A DNA stretch of 63,371 bases, counting the filler, from a bacterium UBP13_UBA5359 (GTDB lineage: Bacteria > UBP13 > UBA5359), in assembly GCA_002410925.1 (NCBI GenBank). It is 3 parts of 3 records of this genome, joined end to end, with 100 filler letters (N's around TTAATTAATTAA, not from the genome) between each part and the next. Parts side by side here need not be neighbours in the genome. Positions count along the whole stretch, not along the records: positions 10,236 to 32,851 come from DHPR01000014.1; positions 32,952 to 63,371 come from DHPR01000026.1; 1 more part is not named here. One strand, 5' to 3'. A program made the translations under genes and the position numbers. The notes below the pieces were generated by a model, which worked only from the letters and a program-made list of their open reading frames with translations, made no database searches and had not been told where the DNA came from. How positions within the stretch are numbered: position 1 is the stretch's first letter; every line of letters starts with the position of its first letter. Shown here piece by piece: positions 30,376-41,009 of the stretch.

Positions 30376-32205
30376 TCAAATATGTAAACCTGACCTCCGG
30401 TTTTTACGCAAGCGGATGGAGGTTGGAGTAAGCTCTACAAATTCATCGTCTTCGATATATTCGATAGCACTCTCCAAAGTATGCACCCGCGGCGGTGTCA
30501 GCATGACATCTATCTCGGAGGTTGATGATCTCATGTTGGTAAGCTTCTTGGTTTTGGTAATATTGACCACCATATCTTTTTCACGAGAGTTCTCGCCCAC
30601 TATGGCGCCTTCATAGACTTCCACACCGGGACCGATGAAGAGAGTTGCTCTCTCCTGCAGGCTTTCAATGGCATAAGCTGTGCTGAAGCCCTGATTCATG
30701 GAGATCAGTACACCACGTGTACGCCTGATAATCTCACCATTAAAAGGAGCATATTCGGCAAAGATATGATGCATGTTACCCATGCCCCGGGTATCGGTCA
30801 GAAACTCGGTACGGTAGCCGAAGAGTCCCCGGGTAGGAATACGGTAACGCAAACGGGTTCGGTCGTCCGCTCCCGTCTCCATCTCCTGAAGCTCAGCCTT
30901 ACGCAGGCCCATTTTTTCCATGACGACACCCACGTACTCTTCCGGAACATCGATAACCAGCTCTTCAAACGGCTCGCACTCCTTGCCGTCTATTATCTTT
31001 TTGATTACTCTGGGTTGTGAAACCATAAGCTCGTAACCTTCACGGCGCATGGTCTCCATTAGAATGGTCAGATGCAGCTCTCCTCTTCCCGATACTCTGA
31101 ATGCATCCGGAGATTCTGTACTCTCCACTTTCAGCGCTACGTTGGCTTGCAGCTCTCTGTTTAGACGATCACGCAGATGCCGGCTGGTAAGGAATTGACC
31201 ATCCCGCCCGGCAAAGGGTGAGGTGTTGACCATAAAGTCCACGCTGACTGTAGGCTCGTCCACAGCAAAGCCCGGTAACGGCTCAGGATATTGTGGATAG
31301 CAGATGGTAGCTCCTATCTCCACTTTTTCCGGACCAGCCATAACCACTATTTCACCGGCCCGGGCCTCCTCCACTTCCACCTGCTCCAGGTGCTCAAACG
31401 TAAATAGCTTGGAAACCTTAAATGGCAACGTTTGGCCTGTAAGCGTTATCATTACCGCTTGATCGCCGAGTTTGACGCAGCCCCGCTCGATGCGCCCTAC
31501 AGCCATCTGTCCCAGATAGGGAGAATAATCCAAAGTAGAGATAAGCATCTGAAGCGGGCCTGTAATTTCGACCTGAGGGGCAGGAATATGCTTTAATATG
31601 GCCTCAAACAGCAGATTTAGATTATCATTAGAGATATCGGGATCTGCGGTAGCATAGCCATCCCTGGCTGAGGCAAAAATGACGGGAAAATCCAGCTGTT
31701 CCTCGGAGGCGTTTAATTCGATAAAAAGGTCCAGCACCTCATCATGAACCTGATATTCTCGGGAACCGGGACGGTCTATCTTGTTGATGACCACTATGGG
31801 GCGCAGACCCATTTCCAACGCCTTGCGCAATACAAAGCGTGTCTGCGGCATAGGGCCATCAGAGGCATCGACCAGCAGCAATACACCATCCACCATGCAT
31901 AGGATACGCTCTACTTCACCGCCGAAATCAGCATGACCGGGGGTATCGACAATATTGATTTTGATGCCCTTCCAATGCACAGAGGTGTTCTTGGCTAAAA
32001 TAGTTATACCTCTCTCACGCTCCAGCGGATTGGAATCCATAACACGCTCTTCCACCTGCTGATTGGCCCTAAAGGCGCCGGATTGTCGTAACATCTGATC
32101 TACTAAAGTGGTCTTGCCGTGATCGACATGAGCAATAATGGCGATATTGCGCAACGCGGTGGCCGAAGCCCGATTTGCTCCAAGATTGGTTGAAAATGTA
32201 CTCAT
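30376..32205 (-). CDS. typA: Translational GTPase TypA/BipA
   Basis: [63 protein letters not shown]. Confidence 0.97.
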   Translation of the reverse strand: MSTFSTNLGANRASATALRNIAIIAHVDHGKTTLVDQMLRQSGAFRANQQVEERVMDSNPLERERGITILAKNTSVHWKGIKINIVDTPGHADFGGEVERILCMVDGVLLLVDASDGPMPQTRFVLRKALEMGLRPIVVINKIDRPGSREYQVHDEVLDLFIELNASEEQLDFPVIFASARDGYATADPDISNDNLNLLFEAILKHIPAPQVEITGPLQMLISTLDYSPYLGQMAVGRIERGCVKLGDQAVMITLTGQTLPFKVSKLFTFEHLEQVEVEEARAGEIVVMAGPEKVEIGATICYPQYPEPLPGFAVDEPTVSVDFMVNTSPFAGRDGQFLTSRHLRDRLNRELQANVALKVESTESPDAFRVSGRGELHLTILMETMRREGYELMVSQPRVIKKIIDGKECEPFEELVIDVPEEYVGVVMEKMGLRKAELQEMETGADDRTRLRYRIPTRGLFGYRTEFLTDTRGMGNMHHIFAEYAPFNGEIIRRTRGVLISMNQGFSTAYAIESLQERATLFIGPGVEVYEGAIVGENSREKDMVVNITKTKKLTNMRSSTSEIDVMLTPPRVHTLESAIEYIEDDEFVELTPTSIRLRKNRRSGLHI

Positions 32206-32851
32206 AATTTTTAATAAACTCCATTCGTTACTGCCAAAAGTAAATTTATAAACAACATTTATTTTAACAGATATTGGTATCAGATAAAAATACGAACTTT
32301 AAATATGCCGGCAAATCAACTCTTCTCAATGATATCGGATATGGTATCAGCGAGTCCGTTGCTTGGGATTGTATGCCTTTGCCGACAATATCTTTGGCCA
32401 CAACAACACTACATCAATCTCTTTAGCCCTTGCCAGGTTGCTGCCATGAGCAATAAAACAATCTATCCTGGCTTTGATGGCTGTAGCTCTAGATGCAGGG
32501 CGTCGGGGATGGCAATATTATGCCCGGTTCTAAAGAAAGCAGCCCGGTCGACCGCGACCAGATGCAGATAACGGCGCACTTTGATGCTTTTCTTAGGCAA
32601 ATGGCCGTGCGGGAGATCGTGCGCCGGCGCCGGCAGGCTTAGGTGATCATCGTAAAAATATGCATGAGCATGACAATTAACGGCATTGTTTACCGCTATG
32701 GCCTGCGATAAGATCAAAATAAAGATTCGGACAGGCGTAGATATTTCTATGCTTTATGCTCTTCCAGCTAAAGAGCGGTAGGTAAAAGAGCGCAAAGAAG
32801 TGCCCGGATATCTTATGGAGGCAGCGGTGAACGACGAAAAGAAGTGGTGGG

Positions 32852-32951
32852 NNNNNNNNNNNNNNNNNNNNNNNNNNNNNNNNNNNNNNNNNNNNTTAAT
32901 TAATTAANNNNNNNNNNNNNNNNNNNNNNNNNNNNNNNNNNNNNNNNNNNN
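32852..32951. other. Artificial contig join (N spacer with TTAATTAATTAA)
   Basis: 100-nt spacer with the linker at 32896-32907. Confidence 0.97.
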
Positions 32952-32973
32952 TCCTTATAGGTAGTATCGGAAC
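32952..32973 (-). CRISPR. Truncated first repeat of the type I-B array (rest lost at contig end)
   Basis: Minus strand GTTCCGATACTACCTATAAGGA resembles Firmicutes I-B repeats of the form GTTnnnnnnCTACCTATAAGGAATTGAAAC; ~285 nt downstream of cas2. Confidence 0.75.
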
Positions 32974-33258
32974 CCATTAGAATATACTAAAATTCAGCTA
33001 TGCTTGCAATAGCTATTTTAAATCGTTACTGCTAAATGCTCGCGTCCGATGGCTCGTCTAATCCGATTAACACTGTAAAATAGAGCAATAAAGAGAAACC
33101 CTCGGCAAATTTATATGCCGTCGACCTCGCTTGGTTATTACATTATCAGAGGTCGACGACACATTATTTCCCCTCTAATCAGCGCTCTCCTTTTTGTGTA
33201 TTATTCAATTATCAATGTACTGTATTACTAATTTGCAGATAAAGCATAACAGCTTCTT
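32974..33258 (-). promoter_or_regulatory. CRISPR leader
   Basis: AT-rich non-coding stretch between cas2 and the first repeat, containing inverted repeat CGTCGACCTC (33119-33128) / GAGGTCGACG (33149-33158). Confidence 0.7.
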
Positions 33259-33522
33259 CTATATAATTAATGCATTTCCTCCTTTTTCTACGCCGATAAT
33301 CTCTCGAGAGGAATATCTTGTCGTTCTCATACAGTAAAGAATAATGGAATCCTCGTCTTTCTTAATGATCTTGGTCAGTTCCATTTTGAGCTTCTTCAAA
33401 TTAGCATCGGATATCTCGCCTTCTAAAACGGAGTTTTGTATCCATGTCAGATACTGACGACATTTCTTCAATACCTTATTTACCCTTTTTACGTTGATAT
33501 CATAAACCAAGATGACAAACAT
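33259..33522 (-). CDS. cas2: CRISPR-associated Cas2
   Basis: MFVILVYDI...IQNSVLEGEI, 87 aa. Confidence 0.96.
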   Translation of the reverse strand: MFVILVYDINVKRVNKVLKKCRQYLTWIQNSVLEGEISDANLKKLKMELTKIIKKDEDSIILYCMRTTRYSSREIIGVEKGGNALII

Positions 33523-33537
33523 TCAAGTAATCTCCTA

Positions 33538-34530
33538 TCACCACTGAGCAACAAACGCTTTATAATCCTTCTCTCCCATCAGATGCTTTTCAAGCTTATA
33601 GGCTTCCAATCTGATCAGCCTTCTATACGACACCGGACGTCCAATGGCACGATGATTTATCGTCGCCTTTAATTTTGCATCCAATTCTGCTATAAATGTC
33701 TTCTTAGCCCTTTCCTTCATCATAATGCCCTGCGATGCCTGCTCAAAATCTTTAGCGCTTATCATCTTGCGCCCCAACAGAGAAAAGATCAGGCGATCTA
33801 TAATTACTGGCTTGAATATCTCAGCTAAATCCAGATTCAACGAAAATCTTCTGAAATTGGTAGTATGAAGATAGCCTATACGGGGATCAAGATGAGTGTT
33901 GTATATTTCACTCAGGCAGATGGTGTACATAAAAGAGTTACCGAAACTGATAAGTGTATTCAGCATGTTTTGAGGTGGCCTACGAGTTCGTTTATCAAAT
34001 GTAAAGCCCTCATTGCCAATGATATCATCAAATACCTGATAATAGTAATCCCGTATCTTACCTTCCAGAGCCATAAGAGCAGGAATACCGTTGCTCGCAC
34101 TCATAGCGTCTAGCAACTTTTCTATTGATTTCAGAGATTCCTCTAAAGGCTTGCCACGACTTATATAATATTTCATCACTTGGCGAATATTTTTGCCCGC
34201 ACCTGCCAATAGCTCTGAAGCAATACGATAGCGTTTTGTCTCATCAAGATAATGCTCGGATTGTTTAAGGATCATATACCCGGAATTCAGATGCTCTCTT
34301 GGATAAAAAGAACCCGCATAATAACCATAATAATTGAAATAATGAAGGATAATCTCCTTTTTGGTCAGCAGTTCCAGCAATCTCTTGTTAAAATTGACTT
34401 CGCCGTAAATCATGATCTCGCCGGTATCCTCAACTGGGATAAAACGTCTCCCTTCAGCGGTTTTAAAAGCCAGGGTATCATCTTTCCTGGAAAGCTCACC
34501 ATCTGAAAATAGATAAACAGTCTTTCTCAA
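33538..34530 (-). CDS. cas1: Type I-B Cas1
   Basis: FNYYGYYAGSFYP, LMALEG, RTRRPPQN, LDPRIGYLH, LDLAEIFKP. Confidence 0.96.
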   Translation of the reverse strand: MRKTVYLFSDGELSRKDDTLAFKTAEGRRFIPVEDTGEIMIYGEVNFNKRLLELLTKKEIILHYFNYYGYYAGSFYPREHLNSGYMILKQSEHYLDETKRYRIASELLAGAGKNIRQVMKYYISRGKPLEESLKSIEKLLDAMSASNGIPALMALEGKIRDYYYQVFDDIIGNEGFTFDKRTRRPPQNMLNTLISFGNSFMYTICLSEIYNTHLDPRIGYLHTTNFRRFSLNLDLAEIFKPVIIDRLIFSLLGRKMISAKDFEQASQGIMMKERAKKTFIAELDAKLKATINHRAIGRPVSYRRLIRLEAYKLEKHLMGEKDYKAFVAQW

Positions 34531-34545
34531 TATTGCACTCTCCTA

Positions 34546-35052
34546 TCAAGACCAGCAGAATTCTGCGTAAGCACAATTTCGGCAATAGTTTATTTTATCA
34601 GGCGCAGGCGGTTTTCCCATCTGCAGTATCCGCTTGATCTCCTCTATAATTCTCTCGAGCTCAGCCATGCTGCCTTCATCAAGTAACACCTCTTCACGTC
34701 CTTTCTCCTGAGGAAAGAGCAATTCACCCACGGCATCCACTCCGTACATCTTCAACTCATATAGATAGAACAGCAGTTGCATGCGTGCGCTCTTCTTAAA
34801 CTTAGATGATTTCTTAACCTCACCGATTACCAGCTTACCATCTTTGATCTGGTATATATCCATTCTGTTATGTTTAAAAGAGAGTTCTTTTTTCTCCCGA
34901 CTGAAAGACTGCTCATGAAGATATCGTCCGATGGAGATATTGGTATTCTCTCCGTCTGGCTCCAGTTGATGGGCAATCAACCAGACTTCACGCTGACAGA
35001 TATGATAGTACCATATCAGCGTTCCGTATACTCGTATTTCCTCCATACCCAC
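34546..35052 (-). CDS. cas4: Cas4 nuclease
   Basis: YYHICQREVWL, EVKKS, QLLFYL, CRNCAYAEFC Fe-S cluster motif. Confidence 0.95.
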   Translation of the reverse strand: MGMEEIRVYGTLIWYYHICQREVWLIAHQLEPDGENTNISIGRYLHEQSFSREKKELSFKHNRMDIYQIKDGKLVIGEVKKSSKFKKSARMQLLFYLYELKMYGVDAVGELLFPQEKGREEVLLDEGSMAELERIIEEIKRILQMGKPPAPDKINYCRNCAYAEFCWS

Positions 35053-35082
35053 CCTCCTTTTCTGAGCGTAAGCTGGTATATT

Positions 35083-37509
35083 TCAGAATATCATAGCCTC
35101 GTCGCTGACGGCAAAACCGGTATTATTATCGTAATACCTTTTAAGATCGAGTTTGCCTATAAAATGAAAACCACAACTTTTTGGTGGAAGAGCATTGAGA
35201 TTCGGACGATGTATGGAAATTATATATTCATAAAGTCGGTTCTTTATGGCACAGAATCTCTCTTTCTTTTCGTAGAATTCCTCTATTTTTAATATATCTT
35301 CGTATTCATGCCATATATTTGTAGCCTCATCATCCAGCTCCAGAAAAACGCCCGTGCGTTCTCCATCTTCAATCAAACGAAAATGGTTTATGCCTCTGTT
35401 GTTATCATCAGAGAAAAACCGCATAACGCTTGCCGCCTGCAACAGTTCTGAAGCTTCTTTGAAGCTGACCCTAGCTTCAATCATTTGAAAGTAACTGTTT
35501 ATCAAGCTTAGGAATTCAGCTTCATCAATCGTATCTCGTGTCTCCAGCAATTTTCTAGTTACATCGAGAGCCACGCTGTCGTATATCAGTGCAGCCACGC
35601 TACGGCCGTTGCCCTGGCACAGATTGATCACACGGACGAGACCGCTGCCTTTGGCATGGCGATTGCATCTTCCTGCAGCCTGATTAATAGCATCCAGAGG
35701 AGCCAGGTCCCTGTAAACGATATCAAAATCTATATCCACTCCGGCCTCTATCAACTGGGTACTGACTACCAGCCGGCAATTTCCAGCAGTAATTCTTCCA
35801 ATACGCTCCTGTCGATGCTTCATAGCCACGGCCGTTGATAAATAACAGATATCCTCTGTGATGGTTTTCTTAAGCAGGTGAAAGAGTTCCCTGGCAGAAC
35901 TAATAGTATTCATGATAAGCAGAAATTTCTTATCAGGTTGGGCAAGGATCTCTTCAGTTACTATGTCAGCCACCTCTTCAAGAAGGCACGGCGTCATATC
36001 CACTTCTACTCTAACACGATTCATAGCCTGAAAATACCGGGTCGGCTCTACCAGATCAACGGCCTTGTTGACTGAAGCAAAAACTCTGGGCTGAGTGGCG
36101 GTAACCAGAATTATATCGGACAAGGTGTTCTTTGCCATATAATTGAGCAGCAGTTCCACCAACGGCCAATAGCGAGTAGGCAGCGTCTGTATCTCGTCAA
36201 GTATGATTATGGAATTGGCCAGGCGATGGAAACGACGCAGATTACAATTACGCCAGCCCATCAGAGTTTCAAAAAATTGTATGAAAGTAGTTACGACAAT
36301 AGCTGCTTCCCAGCCCTCAATAAGCAGCTTGGATTCACTATAAGAGTACTCACTTTCTTCTAAAGAGTTCTTACCCAAGCGATAGATGGAATCGGTTAGA
36401 TGGTGATGCTTGAGCAGTAGATGATGTCCGGTCTGCCCCCCGGAAAGGAGCACTTTTGACACAACATCGTAGTTCTGGTCTATGATACTGAGAAAAGGAA
36501 GAGCATATATGATCTGTGGATATACGCCACTCTCCCGGCCTCGCTGTGAACGCAATTTGATGGCACAATTAAAAGCAGTTAAGGTTTTGCCCAGGCCGGT
36601 AGGCAATGAGAGCCGGAAGATATGTTCCGAACTGTGTTCAGCCAAAGAGGAGATACTCTCTTGGCACGCCTCTTCTCGAAGAAGGTTTATGCCGTTGCAT
36701 TCCCAGCCCTGACCGGCTTTATACTCATCAATAATATCTACCGGAAAGCTTCCTGCCACCGGCCGGTAGTTTTTCAAGCCTGCCTCATGCTTGTCGGCAT
36801 CGATCAGCAGCGAATACAGAAAGAGAAAACGAAAATACTCTCGCAGATCGAAGATATCACTTGCCAGCAGCGTCTTGTTTGAGGTGATTTTGCTTGCCCG
36901 CATCATTAAATCGATGATAATTTTTCGCCAGGGATGCCTTATGCCTCTCATTTCGGCAGATATACCTTTAATCCATCTCTCCAGAAGACTTTGGCTGAAA
37001 GGCTCCATCCTTGCCGCTGCAGCCGGCAGGTCCGGTCTAAGCTTTTCCCAAAGAGAATTGAGCATGTCATAATCTATCGACGCCGCCTGCCGGAGGAGCA
37101 ACTTTATCTCGTCATCACTCAGGTCAGCGTATTCATCGGCAATATCCTTTAAGTTGCCATGATGCCTTCTGATAGCCAGATATACAAAGAATGCTGACTT
37201 ATCGTTTTCCGGCTGCCCATTGAAGCAATGCCGGGCAAGATAATAACCAACCACAGCTGAAAGCAGGCCATGTCTCTCCAAATGCCCACCTTGCAAATGG
37301 GGATTACTTTCAACTAATGATATATAGCGCTGAAAATAACCGGTGGCCTTACCAAAATCATGTACCAGGCAGGCTATGGAAAGCATATCCGGCAACCGGT
37401 CTTTATCCCACAGGCTGCTGTGCCGGTTTCCCAGAAGATGCAGGGCCAGACGCTTCACTCCTAGCAGGTGCTCCTCAAGCAGCTTGTGTGGATGACTCAG
37501 CAGCGGCAA
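35083..37509 (-). CDS. cas3: Cas3 HD nuclease-helicase (start placed at TTG 37509)
   Basis: SHP..L.EHL, HDFGK, RRHHG, LIDAD, LPTGLGKT, LDEIQ, TATQP, STQLIEAGVD, QAAGRCNR; GGAGG RBS. Confidence 0.96.
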   Translation of the reverse strand: MPLLSHPHKLLEEHLLGVKRLALHLLGNRHSSLWDKDRLPDMLSIACLVHDFGKATGYFQRYISLVESNPHLQGGHLERHGLLSAVVGYYLARHCFNGQPENDKSAFFVYLAIRRHHGNLKDIADEYADLSDDEIKLLLRQAASIDYDMLNSLWEKLRPDLPAAAARMEPFSQSLLERWIKGISAEMRGIRHPWRKIIIDLMMRASKITSNKTLLASDIFDLREYFRFLFLYSLLIDADKHEAGLKNYRPVAGSFPVDIIDEYKAGQGWECNGINLLREEACQESISSLAEHSSEHIFRLSLPTGLGKTLTAFNCAIKLRSQRGRESGVYPQIIYALPFLSIIDQNYDVVSKVLLSGGQTGHHLLLKHHHLTDSIYRLGKNSLEESEYSYSESKLLIEGWEAAIVVTTFIQFFETLMGWRNCNLRRFHRLANSIIILDEIQTLPTRYWPLVELLLNYMAKNTLSDIILVTATQPRVFASVNKAVDLVEPTRYFQAMNRVRVEVDMTPCLLEEVADIVTEEILAQPDKKFLLIMNTISSARELFHLLKKTITEDICYLSTAVAMKHRQERIGRITAGNCRLVVSTQLIEAGVDIDFDIVYRDLAPLDAINQAAGRCNRHAKGSGLVRVINLCQGNGRSVAALIYDSVALDVTRKLLETRDTIDEAEFLSLINSYFQMIEARVSFKEASELLQAASVMRFFSDDNNRGINHFRLIEDGERTGVFLELDDEATNIWHEYEDILKIEEFYEKKERFCAIKNRLYEYIISIHRPNLNALPPKSCGFHFIGKLDLKRYYDNNTGFAVSDEAMIF

Positions 37510-37511
37510 CC

Positions 37512-38249
37512 CTATCCTCCAGCCCGGATTATGGAGACATTTTCTTTGGCTCCCTTCCAAAAATGCGTTAATTTAAGCGACATGGATTCGCCCTGGGTTT
37601 CCGCCAGAAGTTCGCCATATTCCTGCACTTCACGATTATCGTTCATAAAGAACGGCATCCTCTCTTTGATATACCTTCTACCAGGTATAAGAGCTATTCC
37701 CTCTTTTCTTATATGATTTAGAGGAACAGCGGTCACTATCTTCACCGGATCAACGGTTTCTTCTTGGGTAAAGTTATCCACTCCGATGAAATGAAAATCC
37801 GCCAACAGCTCGCTCAATCCCAGGCTAACGGTGTAATAGCATTTATGTTCCTTGACAGCGGATAATAGGTGTCCGAACAGATCCTGATTCTCCATAGTTA
37901 TGTAAAGACGGTAGGCTGCTTTTTTCAGGAACTCAAACTTTATCTGCGTTCTAGCCCCTTCTCTTCTCTGCTTGGGCACCCAGATATTACTCTTGGTATT
38001 GATTAGATTGATCCCCATCCGGGTTTTCTTTACCGGAGACAACAGGCGAATGCCTATTCCTATACCGGCATCGGACAGAATCTTTACATACCGCTCATCC
38101 TCCCGCGGCAAGCCGAGAATGGCGCCCAGTATTCCCATAACCGCCGTCGGAGGAATGACAGAAAAAGTAACAGGGGAAGAGGTAGAGTAGTACTTGCGAA
38201 AATGAGCGTAATCCCCCACTACATCAAAACTCAAAATCTTGATGCTCAT
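37512..38249 (-). CDS. cas5: Type I-B Cas5
   Basis: GDYAHFRK...PPTAVMGILGAILG, LGLSELLA. Confidence 0.94.
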   Translation of the reverse strand: MSIKILSFDVVGDYAHFRKYYSTSSPVTFSVIPPTAVMGILGAILGLPREDERYVKILSDAGIGIGIRLLSPVKKTRMGINLINTKSNIWVPKQRREGARTQIKFEFLKKAAYRLYITMENQDLFGHLLSAVKEHKCYYTVSLGLSELLADFHFIGVDNFTQEETVDPVKIVTAVPLNHIRKEGIALIPGRRYIKERMPFFMNDNREVQEYGELLAETQGESMSLKLTHFWKGAKENVSIIRAGG

Positions 38250-38261
38250 GGCGTCACCATC

Positions 38262-39230
38262 CTAAAATGACATCGCCTCAGTTTTAATTCCCAGAGCGGA
38301 CAACTCTTCGGCGAAATTTGTCGATGTTCTGACTGCATCAGCGATAAAATATTGCACGTAAGCAATCTTTTCGCTGTTGTCGACTAACGCTTTGATCAGC
38401 GGCTCAACGTTCAAAATAATTTCATCTATATCCCGTAGCGCCTCATCTTCAACTTTATACTCGGCAGATACCAGTTTATCCAACTCTCCCATATGAAAGC
38501 AAGGCTCGGAGTAAGCTACTCTCAGCAAGAGCCTGGGATTGTGCATAGCTTTAGATCTGGAGATAAGATTTCTGGTTCCAGCCCAAAGAGCTTCCAAAAG
38601 CTTGGAAACATCATCCTCGGTCAATCCGGTATGTTTGGCGGCGTTCTCATTGACTATCCCGTGGAAGGCTATTAAGGAGTAGGGCAGAACATACTCCTCT
38701 CGGAAGGTCTTCTGAGTTTTGTTCTCATCAGCGGCAAAGGCACCGGTACCCTTGATATACTGCAGTTTAACTCTGTGCAACGAACGCCCCATCTTGAACT
38801 GAACCGGACCGGTAAAGGTGATGGAACCCTTCTCCTTGGCCGATTTCTCCAGCGGTATAGTGGCACCAAAGAGGCGAACATCAATGCAATCGGAGAGAAG
38901 ATTATTCTGAATAATATCTTTCATCTCTTTAAAGTTGCCTAGCTTGCTCTTATTCAGCTTTATCCCTTCCTGCAGAAGAAAGTCTTCTGCCCTTAATTTG
39001 GCATCTTGGATAACATCGTTATCATCGGCAATCTCCCTGACAAAGATCTCTTCACCCTTTACCTGATGCAGATAATCCCGCACCGTCCGCTTCAACCTGA
39101 CATCGGTAACGATGTTACGTCCTGTCTCCTCATCTATGCGAGGCTTGTTGGCATCCAGCGGATCTCCGTTGGGGTTAGCATAATTGACATCATAAAGAAA
39201 TAGAATTTCAGAACGATTACTGATTGACAT
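38262..39230 (-). CDS. cas7: Type I-B Cas7 (Csh2)
   Basis: NPNGDP...PRID, VTDVRLKRTVRDY, IDVRLFG, TGPVQF. Confidence 0.95.
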   Translation of the reverse strand: MSISNRSEILFLYDVNYANPNGDPLDANKPRIDEETGRNIVTDVRLKRTVRDYLHQVKGEEIFVREIADDNDVIQDAKLRAEDFLLQEGIKLNKSKLGNFKEMKDIIQNNLLSDCIDVRLFGATIPLEKSAKEKGSITFTGPVQFKMGRSLHRVKLQYIKGTGAFAADENKTQKTFREEYVLPYSLIAFHGIVNENAAKHTGLTEDDVSKLLEALWAGTRNLISRSKAMHNPRLLLRVAYSEPCFHMGELDKLVSAEYKVEDEALRDIDEIILNVEPLIKALVDNSEKIAYVQYFIADAVRTSTNFAEELSALGIKTEAMSF

Positions 39231-39642
39231 TGTTACTCTCCTCCTTGTTTTCGATATCGGTGTAGACTATACTGTTGATCTCCCTGTAGAGGCTCATACC
39301 ACAGGCCAGATAGAAATTCAGCTCATCTGTCGACATCCTCCATGACGACGGTGCCTGCAAAAACAACTCCGAAGCAGCGGCAGCTACTTCGGCTTTGCCC
39401 TTATCATAACTTTCATATTCCTGAAGCTTATTGATGACCTTAGGGAGCAAACCCTTTACTCGGCGCTCATCCAGCTTCAATCCCCCAAGTTCAGTCATAA
39501 ACGGTTGAGCTTTTCTCTTGGCATACTGGACGTTGAGCAGCATTCTGGTCAGGGCTCCCAGCAGAAACACCGCTCTCTTCTCCGGCCTATCCAACTGGCC
39601 GCAGTATCTGTTGAAGACTGGGGTGAAAATAGTTTCCGACAT
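39217..39642 (-). CDS. cas11: Predicted internally translated Cas11 small subunit (141 aa)
   Basis: In-frame ATG (MSETIFTP...) preceded by AGAAAGGAG Shine-Dalgarno inside cas8b; helical C-terminal domain with FLLGAL and FYLACG. Confidence 0.75.
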   Translation of the reverse strand: MSETIFTPVFNRYCGQLDRPEKRAVFLLGALTRMLLNVQYAKRKAQPFMTELGGLKLDERRVKGLLPKVINKLQEYESYDKGKAEVAAAASELFLQAPSSWRMSTDELNFYLACGMSLYREINSIVYTDIENKEESNNVNQ

Positions 39643-40980
39643 AGCGATTATCTCCTTTCTTAACATTTGCAATCTATCCATAAAAAGAAGCGTTTGCACG
39701 GCATCCAGAGTCATGTATGCCCATTTGCCGTCTTCGGCAGAGTTATTGAACTCACGTCGTATCTCGCGCATGAAATGAGGCATAAGGAAGCCTATGGATA
39801 AAGGTAACCCTTTGAATATGTTGTTGGTTATCTCCAGAAAGTATTTATCCAAATCGTCTTCTCTCTTGCCCTCGCTGGATCGCCTAAAAAATGTTCTTAT
39901 TCGGCCGAAGCTGAAGGGATGCTTCGGAAAGATATCATCCACCGCAGCTTTGGCGACAAATATAGTTTGCAACCGGGAGGGAAGAACATCATCTACAAGC
40001 AATAGAATACGTTCTGCCCCCTGCGATTTTCGCAGGAAAAGAAAATGCAAAGTCATAGCATCCTGCTGTTGGGATAGGTAATCCAGGATTTCGCCCTCAT
40101 CGCTGGTAAGCCTGGCACCACTGCTATCTTTAGCAAGTTTTGTTGTTCTGTCGGCCATAAGAAGGATTGGTAATATATCTTCATGCTCTTCATTGATCAT
40201 AAATTGCGGCACCACCTGATAGCTAAGCCCGTAAAAATAGAACGATAAATGATCTGATAATAAGCGCTTGCCCTCTTCCAGCTGTAATGCACAGTCGGAG
40301 CATACCGGATGGTTGCGCCAGCTTCTACTAGCGTCAAAATGCCCGGCGATGAACCCCGGTTTATCATTGGTATAGAAATTAAAGCAGGCTCCATCGCTAA
40401 CATAATCCTTTAGATCTCCGCAAACCGAGCAAACCTTGCCGGCAGCGGAAATTCTATCGCTTTTAGCCTGTACCAATCCCTGAAAAGCCGAAGTGAAGGC
40501 TGGAATATCATAAAGATAACGATCACCGATACGTAAAGTCAATGCTGCGCCCTTCTTCAGCCTATCTTGTTCATCGCTTACAGCAGCGATGGCCATTTCT
40601 CTCTTAAGTTCAAGTTCTCTTCTGACGGCCTCGAAAAGCATCTTATCGGATTCGTTGAGATTCAGCTCCTTAGTTACTCTCTTAAACCACCGTATGATCT
40701 TACCGTCAAAGGTTTTGCCTGCCTCCGTAAGCATGGCCGTAGGCGAAAAATTGCTTCCACTAGAGCTTCCACGACGATAGAGATACTTCTCCTCACCCGG
40801 TGCGTTGGTATCCTCAATATAAATCCCACGGAACATATATCCGGGGGCATCATCCAACTGAATGACCATCGTATAAGGATAAAAGACCGGATCAATGGGC
40901 TGTATCAGCACCGACAGAACATCACTCCTGCCATCCCGTCTCAGACTCCAGGCACCTAGTTCTTTAACAGCTGAAAGCAC
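39217..40980 (-). CDS. cas8b: Type I-B large subunit Cas8b (Csh1/TM1802-like)
   Basis: Position between cas6 and cas7; CSVC...FYTNDKPGF...PVCSDC zinc motif. Confidence 0.9.
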   Translation of the reverse strand: MLSAVKELGAWSLRRDGRSDVLSVLIQPIDPVFYPYTMVIQLDDAPGYMFRGIYIEDTNAPGEEKYLYRRGSSSGSNFSPTAMLTEAGKTFDGKIIRWFKRVTKELNLNESDKMLFEAVRRELELKREMAIAAVSDEQDRLKKGAALTLRIGDRYLYDIPAFTSAFQGLVQAKSDRISAAGKVCSVCGDLKDYVSDGACFNFYTNDKPGFIAGHFDASRSWRNHPVCSDCALQLEEGKRLLSDHLSFYFYGLSYQVVPQFMINEEHEDILPILLMADRTTKLAKDSSGARLTSDEGEILDYLSQQQDAMTLHFLFLRKSQGAERILLLVDDVLPSRLQTIFVAKAAVDDIFPKHPFSFGRIRTFFRRSSEGKREDDLDKYFLEITNNIFKGLPLSIGFLMPHFMREIRREFNNSAEDGKWAYMTLDAVQTLLFMDRLQMLRKEIIAMSETIFTPVFNRYCGQLDRPEKRAVFLLGALTRMLLNVQYAKRKAQPFMTELGGLKLDERRVKGLLPKVINKLQEYESYDKGKAEVAAAASELFLQAPSSWRMSTDELNFYLACGMSLYREINSIVYTDIENKEESNNVNQ

Positions 40981-41009
40981 TTTGCTTCACCCCTTTGCCG
41001 GAGGTTGCG

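Noticed and set aside
32300-32851. Short ORFs upstream of typA, including a 40-aa MPGSKESS...RRRRQA
   Set aside because: No recognisable family and the region is cut by the contig end; insufficient support
29831-33522. Apparent defence island linking the Abi remnant and acidic protein with the cas operon
   Set aside because: Separated by typA and an artificial contig join, so linkage is not established
40981-41009. CreTA-like RNA toxin-antitoxin between cas6 and cas8b
   Set aside because: The gap is only 29 nt, too short, and has no repeat-like sequence
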